Of a stretch of DNA of 64,000 bases, positions 1-14,500 are shown piece after piece. The translations under genes were made by a program, and so were the position numbers. Numbering within the stretch: position 1 is the first letter of the stretch; every line of letters starts with the position of its first letter. Origin of the DNA: Nemertoderma westbladi (Eukaryota; Animalia; Xenacoelomorpha); the NCBI GenBank assembly GCA_032718475.1, contig JAUCBJ010004063.1, forward strand, positions 16,500 through 80,499, given 5' to 3'. The notes below the pieces were generated by a model that had not been told where the DNA came from, made no database searches, and was given only the letters and a program-made list of their open reading frames with translations.

Positions 1-305
1 TGAGTGCTTAAATTTACGCAAAAAAAACCGTCAACATTCATCAATACTTACTTACTAAAAGTCAACAAGACTTAAACGGTTTTTTGTTATTGCATATATT
101 ATTAATAGATATAAGAAAACGCACAACGGTTTTATTGGAATTTGTATCTTTTGACTTAAAAGGTTTTTTACTATTAGAAGAAAAGGCGCGAAATTCAAAA
201 TTGAAATTTCACCAAGTGACTTGCGTTGTTTTGACATCACATGGGTGTCTGCTGTCTGCTATGGAAAAACTTGCCGACTAGTGGATAGACATTGTAATTG
301 CATTA

Positions 306-1412
306 GGCCCATTCTCACCAAAATTGGCCAAAACGGGTGTAAACTTTTCCAAAAAATTTTTTCTCCAGAATATAATAAACCAATATATTTTCTGAAAGCT
401 CTTGATGTCAGGAATTTCATGGGGACCATAGTCAAACACTTTTGCGCCGTTTAAAAAATTTATTTGGCATTTAAAACGAGTCCGCCCTGTAATGATTTGT
501 CCGGCCTGTAATGCTTTAACATTTCTTGGTAAATGTTTAATAATCCCCGCCTATAATTATATTTTGAATAATGAAAGATAAACTTTTATTATATTAAACA
601 TATATATTACATAGTGAACGTGATCCCAGAGCCTCCCAGAGCCATACATTACCAGGGGCGGACACCATTACATTGCCATTACAGTGATTGATCATTGTCT
701 GTAGATAATTTGCAGTGTGGCTATAACCTACATATTTCATACACCCCTTGAAAGCGCCTTGAAATACGAATCTGGCAGTATTTTTACTAGCTCTTATCTG
801 TGATTTATCACTTTCAAATAGGCAATGTGTGACCATTACAGGGGCCGGACAAATTGATTGTTACATTAATATTGGTCAACTTAGAAAATTAAGCAAATGC
901 GATGAAATTTTAACATGGTCATCCCGAGAAAATTTGCTTTCAAATGAATATTAACTTTTAGGATTGATTGCTCTTAAAAAGTTGAAATGAAATGAGCACC
1001 ATTACAGGGTCGGACATAAAAATCAGAAAAGTGTCGGACACGATGATAAATGCAGCTGTACGACACCAACTACATTGTACGTATACAAATACAGCTGAAA
1101 ACGAATATCCATTTACCCGGCTTTCTAACGGTATTTTGGTTTACTGGATATGACCTTGGGTTGGAATTTTATAACAGTTTGTTCTACTAGCACTTTGGAC
1201 CTGGGACATGTGAAAATGCCATTTTGACCATGTTTTTGGCCATATTATGTTCTGCTACGGGAAGACATATGTTTGAGCTGAAATTAACTGTTCAAAATCT
1301 ACGCTTCAGCAGCTTTCTTTGAAGCCATCAACCACTTTCTAGAACCGCCATAAACGCAATAAATATTATGGCTTCAGGACACCCGTTTGGCCAATTTTGG
1401 TGAGAATGGCCC
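306..1412. mobile_element. Non-autonomous DNA transposon (MITE) with ~35-bp terminal inverted repeats
   Basis: Left end GGCCCATTCTCACCAAAATTGGCCAAAACGGGTGT (306-340) is nearly the reverse complement of right end ACACCCGTTTGGCCAATTTTGGTGAGAATGGCCC (1379-1412). No transposase ORF and no clean TSD, so superfamily is unassigned. Confidence 0.75.
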
Positions 1413-1514
1413 ATTAATGTAAACCCTAAGTAAATGTGACTATATTTTAATTTTTAATGCCGCCACACATTTGAATTGTAGGTACCGGTACCACAGACTC
1501 GATGTGTATTATGG

Positions 1515-2594
1515 CGCGAAATTGGCTGCACCAGCAGTGTACCAAAACCTGCCTGTGTTCGCGAATTTGGCTGCACCAGCAGTGTACCAAAACCTGCCTG
1601 TGTTCGCGAATAGGCTGCACCAGCAGTGTACCAAAACCTGCCTGTGTTCGCGAATTTGGCTGCACCAGAGTGTACCAAAATATGCCTGTATTCGCGAATT
1701 TGGCTGCACCAGCAGTGTACCAAAACCTGCCTGTGTTCGCGTATTTGGCTGCACCAGCAGTGTACCAAAACCTGCCTGTGTTCGCGAATAGTCTGCACCA
1801 GCAGTGTACCAAAACCTGCCTGTGTTCGCGAATTTGGCTGCACCAGAGTGTACCAAAATATGCCTGTATTCGCGAATTTGGCTGCACCAGCAGTGTACCA
1901 AAACCTGCCTGTGTTCGCGAATAGGCTGCACCAGCAGTGTACCAAAACCTGCCTGTGTTCGCGAATTTGGCTGCACCAGAGTGTACCAAAATATGCCTGT
2001 ATTCGCGAATTTGGCTGCACCAGCAGTGTACCAAAACCTGCCTGTGTTCGCGTATTTGGCTGCACCAGCAGTGTACCAAAACCTGCCTGTGTTCGCGAAT
2101 AGTCTGCACCAGCAGTGTACCAAAACCTGCCTGTGTTCGCGAATAGTCTGCACCAGCAGTGTACCAAAACCTGCCTGTGTTCGCGAATTTGGCTGCACCA
2201 GAGTGTACCAAAATATGCCTGTATTCGCGAATTTGGCTGCACCAGCAGTGTACCAAAACCAGCCTGTGTTCGCGTATTTGGCTGCACCAGCAGTGTACCA
2301 AAACCTGCCTGTGTTCGCGAATTTGGCTGCACCAGCAGTGTACCAAAACCTGCCTGTGTTCGCGAATTTGGCTGCACCAGCAGTGTACCAAAACCTGCCT
2401 GTGTTCGCGAATTTGGCTGCACCAGCAGTGTACCAAAACCTGCCTGTGTTCGCGAATTTGGCTGCACCAGCAGTGTACCAAAACCTGCCTGTGTTCGCGT
2501 ATTTGGCTGCACCAGCAGTGTACCAAAACCTGCCTGTGTTCGCGAATTTGGCTGCACCAGCAGTGTACCAAAACCTGCCTGTGTTCGCGAATTT
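1515..2594. repeat. 45-bp minisatellite, ~24 copies
   Basis: Unit GAATTTGGCTGCACCAGCAGTGTACCAAAACCTGCCTGTGTTCGC with recurring 44-bp variants; explains the overlapping repetitive ORFs at 1447-2793. Confidence 0.97.
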
Positions 2595-4505
2595 TCATTT
2601 GCGATATCGTTTTTAGTTTTCGAATTATCACTGTCTCTCCATGTCTGCGGGTCTGATCGTTGAAATGTAAGTTAGACAGACAGCCAGAGCCAGACCAATA
2701 TACAGACAGACTATAAAACAGAACATAAAAATTGGCATTATAAATTAAATCACGGACCTCAAAAACCACCAATGGAAATGTTAGCTCCTTCATAGATTAT
2801 TATTACCTATACCAACATTATTACCAAGCAGACCCCAGACGGACAGTTTTCAGCTGGAAGATATAAAATTTGAAGGCAATTTTCTCGGAATTTATTTTTT
2901 TCACCCAATTAAAAATACTGCTCATGCCATTTCCTAACCGATTTTTTTTGTAATTTTCACTTTTTCAGAAGCTTCGGTAAATTTCTGGCAGTTTTTTCAT
3001 TTCAGAAGATTTTATAATATTTCGTGATAAATTTACAAATTAAAAACCACAGGGGGGGTTGCCATCCCCCCCCCCCCCCCCCCCCCCTGATTAATGCATT
3101 AACTTACTTCGAATGTATTTACATACAGGTTGTACAATGCAAAAACACCGTAAGTACAGAAAACAACAAGTCAAATTATTAATGGAAAGTGAAAAATAAT
3201 CATGTAGAAAAATTCCCCACCCCGATTTTAGGGTTATAAAAAAATTTAATTCGCGGACATTTTAAAATCACCAATCTGAATCAACGAACTAATGCACACA
3301 GTAATTTTTTGAATTACTGCTGTCTTTTCACATTGCACGGCAGCGCTGTAACACAACTGATCCTGATTGAAAGGTAAAGTAATTACAGAGGAACAGATGG
3401 GCTATAATAACAGAAAACTGAACAAACCAATTTTTATAGTTTGAAACATTATTAATTTTACTAAACAATCCTTTATTAGTATATCGTCTATTTTCCTATA
3501 ATTGGTTCATCAATTATTAAGGACATTGAAGATTGAAAACGAGACGTGAAAGTCAGTTTTAATTTCCATTTTAATACGACTTTGTGATTACAGAGATGGA
3601 TTGCCGATGACAAAGCAGACAGAGGAGACGAGAGTGTGGCAGAGGAAAGACGGTAAATGGCTCCTTCTACACTTCCATAAATCAGCCAGTTCAGTATCCA
3701 AGTTCTAGAATAGACATCTAGAACCTTTAAATCCCCCTGGAGTAGCTAACTCAACGATTACTATGGTTACGGTCGTGTAACTAGGACTTATCTGCACGAC
3801 AGCTGTTGGATGTGAAGGTTTTTCTGTTCCCCTACTGAGAGTGTCTAACTTTCTTCCACTACTGACTCACTCACTACTTTACTGGCATTCAAGATATCAT
3901 CCAACCGTGTTGTTTAACACACGCCATTTTATCACACCGTTTATCGCATTTATTATTTTTCCCACTATTGTTTCTGTTATAAACCGGTTGTTCAGCTGTT
4001 ACTTACTTTGGATACGGTGCTGTTAACACTTCCGCGAACTATGTTCAATAGATCCGCGGTACGTTACAATTGTTTCTGCTCTCCACTTTGTTACTTACCG
4101 GTTTCAATGTGTGTATTTCTTTCGATGCAATTATCATTTTTCGTACTGTGTTGTTTTTTTGGTTATCGTTTTGCTCAATATTTATTAATGGTGCATCTTC
4201 CTTTACTTTTGAGTGTTTATTATTTTTTCTATCACTTTTACCCCCTTTTATTATGTTTCTCTCATATCATGTAATACATTATGTACTCTAGTTCTATAAA
4301 TTGCTGCAAATTTTTTCTGATACGTAAACTTTTCTTCTTTTGCTACATTATTCTAATCGCTGCCTTTTGTGGCCGTTTATTTAAAGCATATCGCTCCGCT
4401 CGGTGTCGCTATATTTTTGACGCCGTGAAAATTAATTATTACGTTTATTAAATTTATCGTTATTGTATTGATATTTATAAAGAATGATTAATCGTTTATA
4501 AAGTC

Positions 4506-4934
4506 TAGTGTTTAAACGGGATCCCGATCCCGAAAAACCGGGATCCCGACAAAAAATGCAATCCCGGCCGCGGTCCCGGTCCCGATCCCGATCCCGACGT
4601 TTTTTGTACCGGGTTCCCGGAAGTATAAATAAAATAGTTAAGTAAATTTGGTGATTATCTAATAAATAGATCCAGCAGAACGGAAATGTTTTGATTATAA
4701 ATAATTTTTATTTCAGTAAACCATCCAGTAATTAATTGCAAAATAATTTTATTATAACTTTATCTTACTAATATTTCAGAAGTGTAAGATAAAGTGATTG
4801 TTACCCAGAACCCGCCACATACACTAATAACAATTAAGGAATTTAATCCCGATCCCGAAAAACGGGATCCCGCGAGTGATAATCGCGGTCCCGATCCCGG
4901 AAATCCCGAATAGTCTGATCCCGTATAAACACTA
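4506..4934. mobile_element. MITE (hAT-like TAGTG ends) with GATCCC subterminal repeats
   Basis: TIRs TAGTGTTTAAACGGGATC / GATCCCGTATAAACACTA; clustered GATCCCG motifs at both ends; a diverged second copy lies at ~27871-28273. Confidence 0.75.
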
Positions 4935-5729
4935 TTATAAACTATGGTTAATAGGTTATAAACTATGGTTAATCGATTATAAAATATGGTTAATCGTTTA
5001 TAAACAATGGTTAATCGTTTATAAACTATGGTTAATCGTTTATAAACTATGGTTAATCGTTTATAAACTATGGTTAATCGTTTATAAACTATGGTTAATC
5101 GTTTATAAACTATGGTTAATCTTTTATAAACTATGGTTAATCGTTTATAAACTATGGTTAATCGTTTATAAACTATGGTTAATCGTTTATAAACTATGGT
5201 TAATCGTTTATAAACTATGGTTAATCGTTTATAAACTATGGTTAATCGTTTATAAACTATGGTTAATCGTTTATAAACTATGGTTAATCGTTTATAAACT
5301 ATGGTTAATCGTTTATAAACTATGGTTAATCGTTTATAAACTATGATTAATCGTTTATAAACTATGGTTAATCGTTTATAAACTATGGTTAATCGTTTAT
5401 AAACTATGGTTAATCGTTTATAAACTATGGTTAATCGTTTATAAACTATGGTTAATCGTTTATAAACTATGGTTAATCGTTTATAAACTATGGTTAATCG
5501 TTTATAAACTATGGTTAATCTTTTATAAACTATGGTTAATCGTTTATAAACTATGGTTAATCGTTTATAAACTATGGTTAATCGTTTATAAACTATGGTT
5601 AATCGTTTATAAACTATGGTTAATCGTTTATAAACTATGGTTAATCGTTTATAAACTATGGTTAATCGTTTATAAACTATGGTTAATCGTTTATAAACTA
5701 TGGTTAATCGTTTATAAACTATGGTTAAT
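4935..5729. repeat. 21-bp minisatellite, ~38 copies
   Basis: Highly homogeneous unit TTATAAACTATGGTTAATCGT; source of the spurious (YKLWLIV)n ORF. Confidence 0.97.
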
Positions 5730-6274
5730 TTTTTATTAAGTATGGTTTAATTACTTTAATTGTTTATGGTTTAATCAAGTGTTTTTTTAATAATTCTGCC
5801 ACCGAAATAAAGTTATTTATTCCACCTTATTAGAATCAAATGGCGCCTATATTAAATTTGAAATGTTCCACTTCCTCATTGAATATTGAATCCATTTGAT
5901 GCCATGCTGCAGGATAATATATTAAATTTTGTGCAGTTTTGGACTTTGTGCTAATATGCCTAGCCCTGATTCAGCCTAACCCCAACGAATACACCTGGAA
6001 CTCAAACCTAACGATAATCTTATAAGTTTTTAATTATTTTTAATGTAAGTTAATTTCATTTCTACTGTAATTTTATCTCCAGATAATTATTAAGTATTCT
6101 GGCTTCTCTTAGGTATCATGCAGACAGGTGCATGATACCGTGATATGGTGCATGGTACAGACCGAGAGACGTGCGTCAGTGCGTGCATACGTAGGCCACT
6201 GCGTACTCCAACTTCATAAAGCAAGCTAATTGGGACCGAATTGTTACCCACAGTGTTTGATGTCTGTGGCGGTT

Positions 6275-6288
6275 GTTGTTATGGAAAC
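6275..6288. promoter_or_regulatory. Candidate RFX X-box
   Basis: GTTGTTATGGAAAC (reverse complement GTTTCCATAACAAC) fits the RFX palindromic X-box pattern and overlaps CCGGAA. Motif match only. Confidence 0.3.
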
Positions 6289-6973
6289 CGGAATAGGCCT
6301 AAACAAAAGCAAAAAACGTTAAAATGATCCTACCTTTTATTATTTTAATCTACTTACACTGGTTGTAATTAATTGTTTTCACTTCTATTTGGGTTACTCG
6401 TAGTATGGAAAATCCGTGCTATTTAATTATTAGCCTTTTTGAATTTAGAAATACTTCTAATGATTATTATTAGATATATAAGTTCCGTCCGCTTATTTTA
6501 ATTTAATGGAACAGGAAAGAAATTGGTTGACATTAGTTAAGTTATTCTCATTAAAATCGTAATATTAATTATAATTTTTGTTATCAAGCCAGTAGGAAAA
6601 ACTTTACCTGTGGTTATGGAAAAATCTACAAATAACAACTGCAGACCAGATGTTGCATGCAAACTCAAATCAGCTGAGGGCAGTCAACTGATCGACAAGT
6701 TATGCCCCAGATGGAGGCTTTATCAAGAGGCTAAGATCGTCTGAATAATACATTAGTCCCCAGTGGTATACGAAACAGCTACCATGATAAAGAGTACCGG
6801 TAGTATAGAGGAACAAGTATTGAGAAGCAGCACCGAAAACTTTCGCCAATTAGGTTTCTGTTTGTCGAAAACGGGCCGGTGCGTACGAATATAACAATTT
6901 CAAACCTTTGTAGAACATATTGAGATTACTTTAAAAGGTTTCAACAACACACGTTAGTCAGTCATGTTCTCAC

Positions 6974-7054
6974 CGCTGTGTATATGGTTGTCCCGACCTG
7001 CCATCTTCTTTTGCCCAGCCCCATTATCAGTTACCTTGGTTACTGCTTCCCGTG
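6974..7054 (-). other. Possible isolated 81-nt exon of an unidentified gene
   Basis: Minus strand: TTTTATTGCTTGCAG acceptor and GTGAGA donor; only one frame is open (phase 1-1, REAVTKVTDNGAGQKKMAGRDNHIHS). No homology recognised. Confidence 0.25.
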
Positions 7055-8580
7055 CTGCAAGCAATAAAATAAATATTTATAATATTCACACGCAATATTA
7101 CCAACAAGCCGAAACGCGCGTGTCACAAGTTTGCGTTGCTGCTTCCCTCTCAGTGACTCAAACTCATCTCTTAATGAAACTTGTTTCTTCTCCCTTTGGA
7201 ACTCATATATTCGTACTGATGCTCTTTAGCAGTTAGTTTCTTAATAACGCCCTATATGGAGCGAGATTCACCGAACAGCTGTCTGTATTGAAGCAGCCCA
7301 CCGTGGCGCTTTACATACCTACCGTTAATGTTTTTGCTTCTTGGTAACAATTTTATAAATTAAATAATTTAACTATAATTTAACTCCGCTTTATTTACTA
7401 TTACAATTTTCTCATATAGTTCTCAACAGTTAATTAACATTTCGTTAATTTATTTATACGTGGACAATTTATATTAATATCAATTGTTTAATTATATTTT
7501 ATTTGATACTAATGTTATAGCTACTACGTATTATCAGGTACTGAAATAATTTTATTTAATTACTTCAGGAAGCTGATAGTTTGCTTTCCCAACTTCCTAA
7601 TGAGTGAGTCCGTCTTAATTTCGCTTTCATTAAATTGCTACAACCGTTTGAAACATTATGTCCCCCGTTTATTACCAATATTACATCAGTCGCACCGCTG
7701 CTATGCATATCCTTTTGATTGAAAGTGGCTTTACAAGGATTCTGTACCTGTAAAAACATCTCAATTTCGTTAAGAATTATCTGAGATATGAGCTTTCGAA
7801 ATTTGCATGTTTTGCACTACTCTACTCATATTAATTATCAAATTACTATTTCCCGAGCGATATTAAAATGTTTTTACAGATTTAGAATTAATTATAACCA
7901 GCTAGCTTTCAATAGGTCCACCAATTAATATGGCTAAATAAACATGCTGCAGTCCGATAGTTGCAATTCTGGTAATTTATGGAGGAGACAATTATTTTTC
8001 CAAACAGTTGTAGCAATATAATTAAATAACAAATAACAATAACCTTTACTTAATGAATATTCGGGAAGACAAACTGTGTCAGTTTCAATTATAATTCGAC
8101 GCGATTATTAAGATTTCTAGAAATATTTGAGGCCAGTGAGTTTATAATATGTTTTATCGTGTTCGATGAGCGGTTAATATTCTTTCTATATCTAGTACCT
8201 CTTTAAGAATTAGGACGGAATTAAACCGAATAAATAGGATTGTTATCCTTTAACAAAAATATATCATATCCTAATAGTTAATTTACGTGTTTAAGTGTTC
8301 AGTGAATTTTCCAGAATAATAATGAATCTTATCTCTAGAAGTTGCTCAACAACTACCAAAGATTCATCCATATCAATATCAAACTCAGTTATGTTTCTAT
8401 AAATTTACAATTTAACGTCGCATGGCACTTCCTATTTTGTCTGGATTAACTCTTAAGCGTCAATTTATATTTTACATAACTTCTGTTATCAATTATTTTA
8501 CAATTTCACAGCGATTGTTTATTGTAATATTATATAGCTATGTTACTATTCAGATTTTTGGTACTTTCGTTTTCGCATTT

Positions 8581-11500
8581 TGTTTAACCTACATACTTTG
8601 ACCCAAACCTCTAGGTTACTGTTTACCTACATACTTTGACCCAAACCTCTAGGTTACTGTTTAACCCACATACTTTGACCCAAACCACTATGTTACTGTT
8701 TAACCTACATACTTTGGCCCAAACCTCTAGGTTACTGTTTAACCTACATACTTTGACCCAAACCTCTAGGTTACTGTTTAACCTACATACTTTGGTCCAA
8801 ACCTCTAGGTTACCGTTTAACCTACATACTTTGACCCAAACCACTAGGTTACTGTTTAACCTACATACTTTGGTCCAAACCTCTAGGTTACCGTTTAACC
8901 TACATACTTTGGCCCAAACCTCTAGGTTACTGTTTAACCTACATACTTTGGCCCAAACCACTAGGTTACTGTTTAACCTACATACTTTGGTCCAAACCAC
9001 TAGGTTACTGTTTAACCTACATACTTTGACCCAAACCTCTAGGTTACTGTTTAACCTACATACTTTGACCCAAACCTCTAGGTTACTGTTTAACCTACAT
9101 AATTTGGCCCAAACCACTAGGTTACTGTTTAACCTACATAATTTGGCCCAAACCACTAGGTTACTGTTTAACCTACATACTTTGGCCCAAACCACTAGGT
9201 TACTGTTTAACCTACTACTTTGGCCCAAACCACTAGGTTACTGTTTAACTTACATACATTGACCCAAACCACTATGTTACTGTTTAACCTACTACTTTGG
9301 CCCAAACCACTAGGTTACTGTTTAACCCACGTAGGCCTACTTTGGCCCAAAGCTCTAGGTTACTGTTTAACCTACATACTTTGGCCCAAACCACTAGGTT
9401 ACTGTTTAACCTACATACTTTGGCCCAAACCACTAGGTTACTGTTTAACCTACTACTTTGGCCCAAACCACTAGGTTACTGTTTAACTTACATACATTGA
9501 CCCAAACCACTATGTTACTGTTTAACCTACATAATTTGGCCCAAACCTCTAGGTTACTGTTTAACCTGCATACTTTGGCCCAAACCACTAGGTTACTGTT
9601 TAACTTACATACATTGACCCAAACCACTATGTTACTGTTTAACCTACTACTTTGGCCCAAACCACTAGGTTACTGTTTAACCTACATAATTTGGCCCAAA
9701 CCTCTAGGTTACTGTTTAACCTACATAATTTGGCCCAAACCTCTAGGTTACTGTTTAACCTACATAATTTGGCCCAAACCTCTAGGTTACTGTTTAACCT
9801 GCATACTTTGGCCCAAACCACTAGGTTACTGTTTAACCTACATACTTTGGCCCAAACCACTAGGTTACTGTTTAACCTACTACTTTGGCCCAAACCACTA
9901 GGTTACTGTTTAACTTACATACATTGACCCAAACCACTATGTTACTGTTTAACCTACATACTTTGGCCCAAACCTCTAGGTTATTTAACCTACATACTTT
10001 GGTCCAAACCACTAGGTTACTGTTTAACCTACATACTTTGGTCCAAACCTTTAGGTTACTGTTTAACCTACATACTTTCACCCAAACCACTATGTTACTG
10101 TTTAACCTACATACTTTGGCCCAAACCTCTAGGTTATTTAACCTACATACTTTGGTCCAAACCACTAGGTTACTGTTTAACCTACATGCTTTGGCCCAAA
10201 CCTCTAGGTTACTATTTAACCCACATACTTTGACCCAAACCTCTAGGTTACTATTTAACCCACATACTTTGACCCAAACCTCTAGGTTACTGTTTAACCT
10301 ACATACTTTGGCCCAAAGCACTAGGTTACTGTTTAACCTACATACTTTGGCCCAAAGCACTAGGTTACTGTTTAACCTACATACTTTGGCCCAAACCACT
10401 AGGTTACTGTTTAACTTACATTGACCCAAACCACTATGTTACTGTTTAACCTACATACTTTGGCCCAAACCTCTAGGTTATTTTACCTACATACTTTGGT
10501 CCAAACCACTAGGTTACTGTTTAACCTACATACTTTGGTCCAAACCTCTAGGCTACTGTTTAACCTACATACTTTCAGACAAACCACTATGTTACTGTTT
10601 AACCTACATACTTTGGCCCAAACCTCTAGGTTATTTAACCTACATACTTTGGTCCAAACCACTAGGTTACTGTTTAACCTACATACTTTGGTCCAAACCT
10701 CTAGGTTACTGTTTAACCTACATACTTTGGTCCAAACCACTAGGTTACTGTTTAACCTACATACTTTGGCCCAAACTACTAGGTTACTGTTTAACCTACA
10801 TACTTTGGCCCAAACCACTAGGTTACTGTTTAACCTACATACTTTGGCCCAAACCTCTAGGTTATTTAACCTACATACTTTGGTCCAAACCACTAGGTTA
10901 CTGTTTAACCTACATACTTTGGTCCAAACCTCTAGGTTACTGTTTAACCTACATACTTTGGTCCAAACCACTAGGTTACTGTTTAACCTACATACTTTGG
11001 CCCAAACCACTAGGTTACTGTTTAACCCACATACTTTGACCCAAACCTCTAGGTTACTGTTTAACCTACATACTTTGTCCCAAACCACTAGGTTACTGTT
11101 TAACCTACATACTTTGGTCCAAACCTCTAGGTTACTCTTTAACCTACATACTTTGACCCAAACCTCTAGGTTACTGTTTAACTTACATACTTTGACCCAA
11201 ACCTCTAGGTTACTGTTTAACTCACATACTTTGGTCCAAACCTCTAGGTTACTGTTTAACCTACATACTTTGGTCCAAACCTCTAGGTTACTCTTTAACC
11301 TACATACTTTGACCCAAACCTCTAGGTTACTGTTTAACCTACATACTTTGACCCAAACCTCTAGGTTACTGTTTAACCTACATACTTTGTCCCAAACCAC
11401 TAGGTTACTGTTTAACCTACATACTTTGTCCCAAACCACTAGGTTACTGTTTAACCTACATACTTTGACCCAAACCTCTAGGTTACCGTTTAACCTACAT

Positions 11501-14500
11501 ACTTTGTCCCAAACCACTAGGTTACTGTTTAACCTACATACTTTGTCCCAAAGCACTAGGTTACTGTTTAACCTACATACTTTGGCCCAAACCACTAGGT
11601 TACTGTTTAACTTACATTGACCCAAACCACTATGTTACTGTTTAACCTACATACTTTGGCCCAAACCTCTAGGTTATTTTACCTACATACTTTGGTCCAA
11701 ACCACTAGGTTACTGTTTAACCTACATACTTTGGTCCAAACCTCTAGGCTACTGTTTAACCTACATACTTTCAGACAAACCACTATGTTACTGTTTAACC
11801 TGCATACTTTGGCCCAAACCTCTAGGTTATTTAACCTACATACTTTGGTCCAAACCACTAGGTTACTGTTTAACCTACATACTTTGGTCCAAACCACTAG
11901 GTTACTGTTTAACCTACATACTTTGGCCCAAACCTCTAGGTTATTTAACCTACATACTTTGGCCCAAACCTCTAGGTTACTGTTTAACCTACATACTTTG
12001 ACCCAAACCTCTAGGTTACCGTTTAACCTACATACTTTGTCCCAAACCACTAGGTTACTGTTTAACCCACATACTTTGACCCAAACCTCTAGGTTACTGT
12101 TTAACTCACATACTTTGGTCCAAACCACTAGGTTACTGTTTAACCTACATACTTTGGTCCAAACCTCTAGGTTACTCTTTAACCTACATACTTTGACCCA
12201 AACCTCTAGGTTACTGTTTAACCTACATACTTTGACCCAAACCTCTAGGTTACCGTTTAACCTACATACTTTGTCCCAAACCACTAGGTTACTGTTTAAC
12301 CTACATACTTTGTCCCAAACCACTAGGTTACTGTTTAACCCACATACTTTGACCCAAACCTCTAGGTTACTGTTTAACTCACATACTTTGGTCCAAACCT
12401 CTAGGTTACTGTTTAACCTACATACTTTGGTCCAAACCTCTAGGTTACTCTTTAACCTACATACTTTGACCCAAACCTCTAGGTTACCGTTTAACCTACA
12501 TACTTTGTCCCAAACCACTAGGTTACTGTTTAACCTACATACTTTGTCCCAAACCACTAGGTTACTGTTTAACCCACATACTTTGACCCAAACCTCTAGG
12601 TTACTGTTTAACTCACATACTTTGGTCCAAACCTCTAGGTTACTGTTTAACCTACATACTTTGGTCCAAACCTCTAGGTTACTCTTTAACCTACATACTT
12701 TGGTCCAAACCACTAGGTTACTGTTTAACCTGCATACTTTGGTCCAAACCACTAGGTTACTGTTTAACCTACATACTTTGGTCCAAACCTCTAGGCTACT
12801 GTTTAACCTACATACTTTCAGACAAACCACTATGTTACTGTTTAACCTACATACTTTGGCCCAAACCTCTAGGTTATTTAACCTACATACTTTGGTCCAA
12901 ACCACTAGGTTACTGTTTAACCTACATACTTTGGTCCAAACCTCTAGGTTACTGTTTAACCTACATACTTTGGTCCAAACCACTAGGTTACTGTTTAACC
13001 TACATACTTTGGCCCAAACCTCTAGGTTATTTAACCTACATACTTTGGCCCAAACCTCTAGGTTACTGTTTAACCTACATACTTTGACCCAAACCTCTAG
13101 GTTACCGTTTAACCTACATACTTTGTCCCAAACCACTAGGTTACTGTTTAACCCACATACTTTGACCCAAACCTCTAGGTTACTGTTTAACTCACATACT
13201 TTGGTCCAAACCTCTAGGTTACTGTTTAACCTACATACTTTGGTCCAAACCTCTAGGTTACTCTTTAACCTACATACTTTGACCCAAACCTCTAGGTTAC
13301 TGTTTAACCTACATACTTTGACCCAAACCTCTATGTTACCGTTTAACCTACATACTTTGTCCCAAACCACTAGGTTACTGTTTAACCCACATACTTTGAC
13401 CCAAACCTCTAGGTTACTGTTTAACTCACATACTTTGGTCCAAACCACTAGGTTACTGTTTAACCTACATACTTTGGTCCAAACCTCTAGGTTACTCTTT
13501 AACCTACATACTTTGACCCAAACCTCTAGGTTACTGTTTAACCTACATACTTTGACCCAAACCTCTAGGTTACCGTTTAACCTACATACTTTGTCCCAAA
13601 CCACTAGGTTACTGTTTAACCTACATACTTTGTCCCAAACCACTAGGTTACTGTTTAACCCACATACTTTGACCCAAACCTCTAGGTTACTGTTTAACTC
13701 ACATACTTTGGTCCAAACCTCTAGGTTACTGTTTAACCTACATACTTTGGTCCAAACCTCTAGGTTACTCTTTAACCTACATACTTTGACCCAAACCTCT
13801 AGGTTACTGTTTAACCTACATACTTTGGTCCAAACCACTAGGTTACTGTTTAACCTACATACTTTGGCCCAAACCACTAGGTTACTGTTTAACCCACATA
13901 CTTTGACCCAAACCTCTAGGTTACTGTTTAACTCACATACTTTGGTCCAAACCTCTAGGTTACTGTTTAACCTACATACTTTGGTCCAAACCTCTAGGTT
14001 ACTCTTTAACCTACATACTTTGACCCAAACCTCTAGGTTACTGTTTAACCTACATACTTTGACCCAAACCTCTAGGTTACCGTTTAACCTACATACTTTG
14101 TCCCAAACCACTAGGTTACTGTTTAACCTACATACTTTGGCCCAAACCACTAGGTTACTGTTTAACCTACATACTTTGGCCCAAACCTCTAGGTTATTTA
14201 ACCTACATACTTTGGTCCAAACCACTAGGTTACTGTTTAACCTACATACTTTGGTCCAAACCTCTAGGTTACTGTTTAACCTACATACTTGGGTCCAAAC
14301 CTCTAGGTTACTGTTTAACCTACATACTTTGGTCCAAACCACTAGGTTACTGTTTAACCTACATACTTTGGCCCAAACCACTAGGTTACTGTTTAACCCA
14401 CATACTTTGACCCAAACCTCTAGGTTACTGTTTAACCTACATACTTTGGTCCAAACCACTAGGTTACTGTTTAACCTACATACTTTGGCCCAAACCACTA

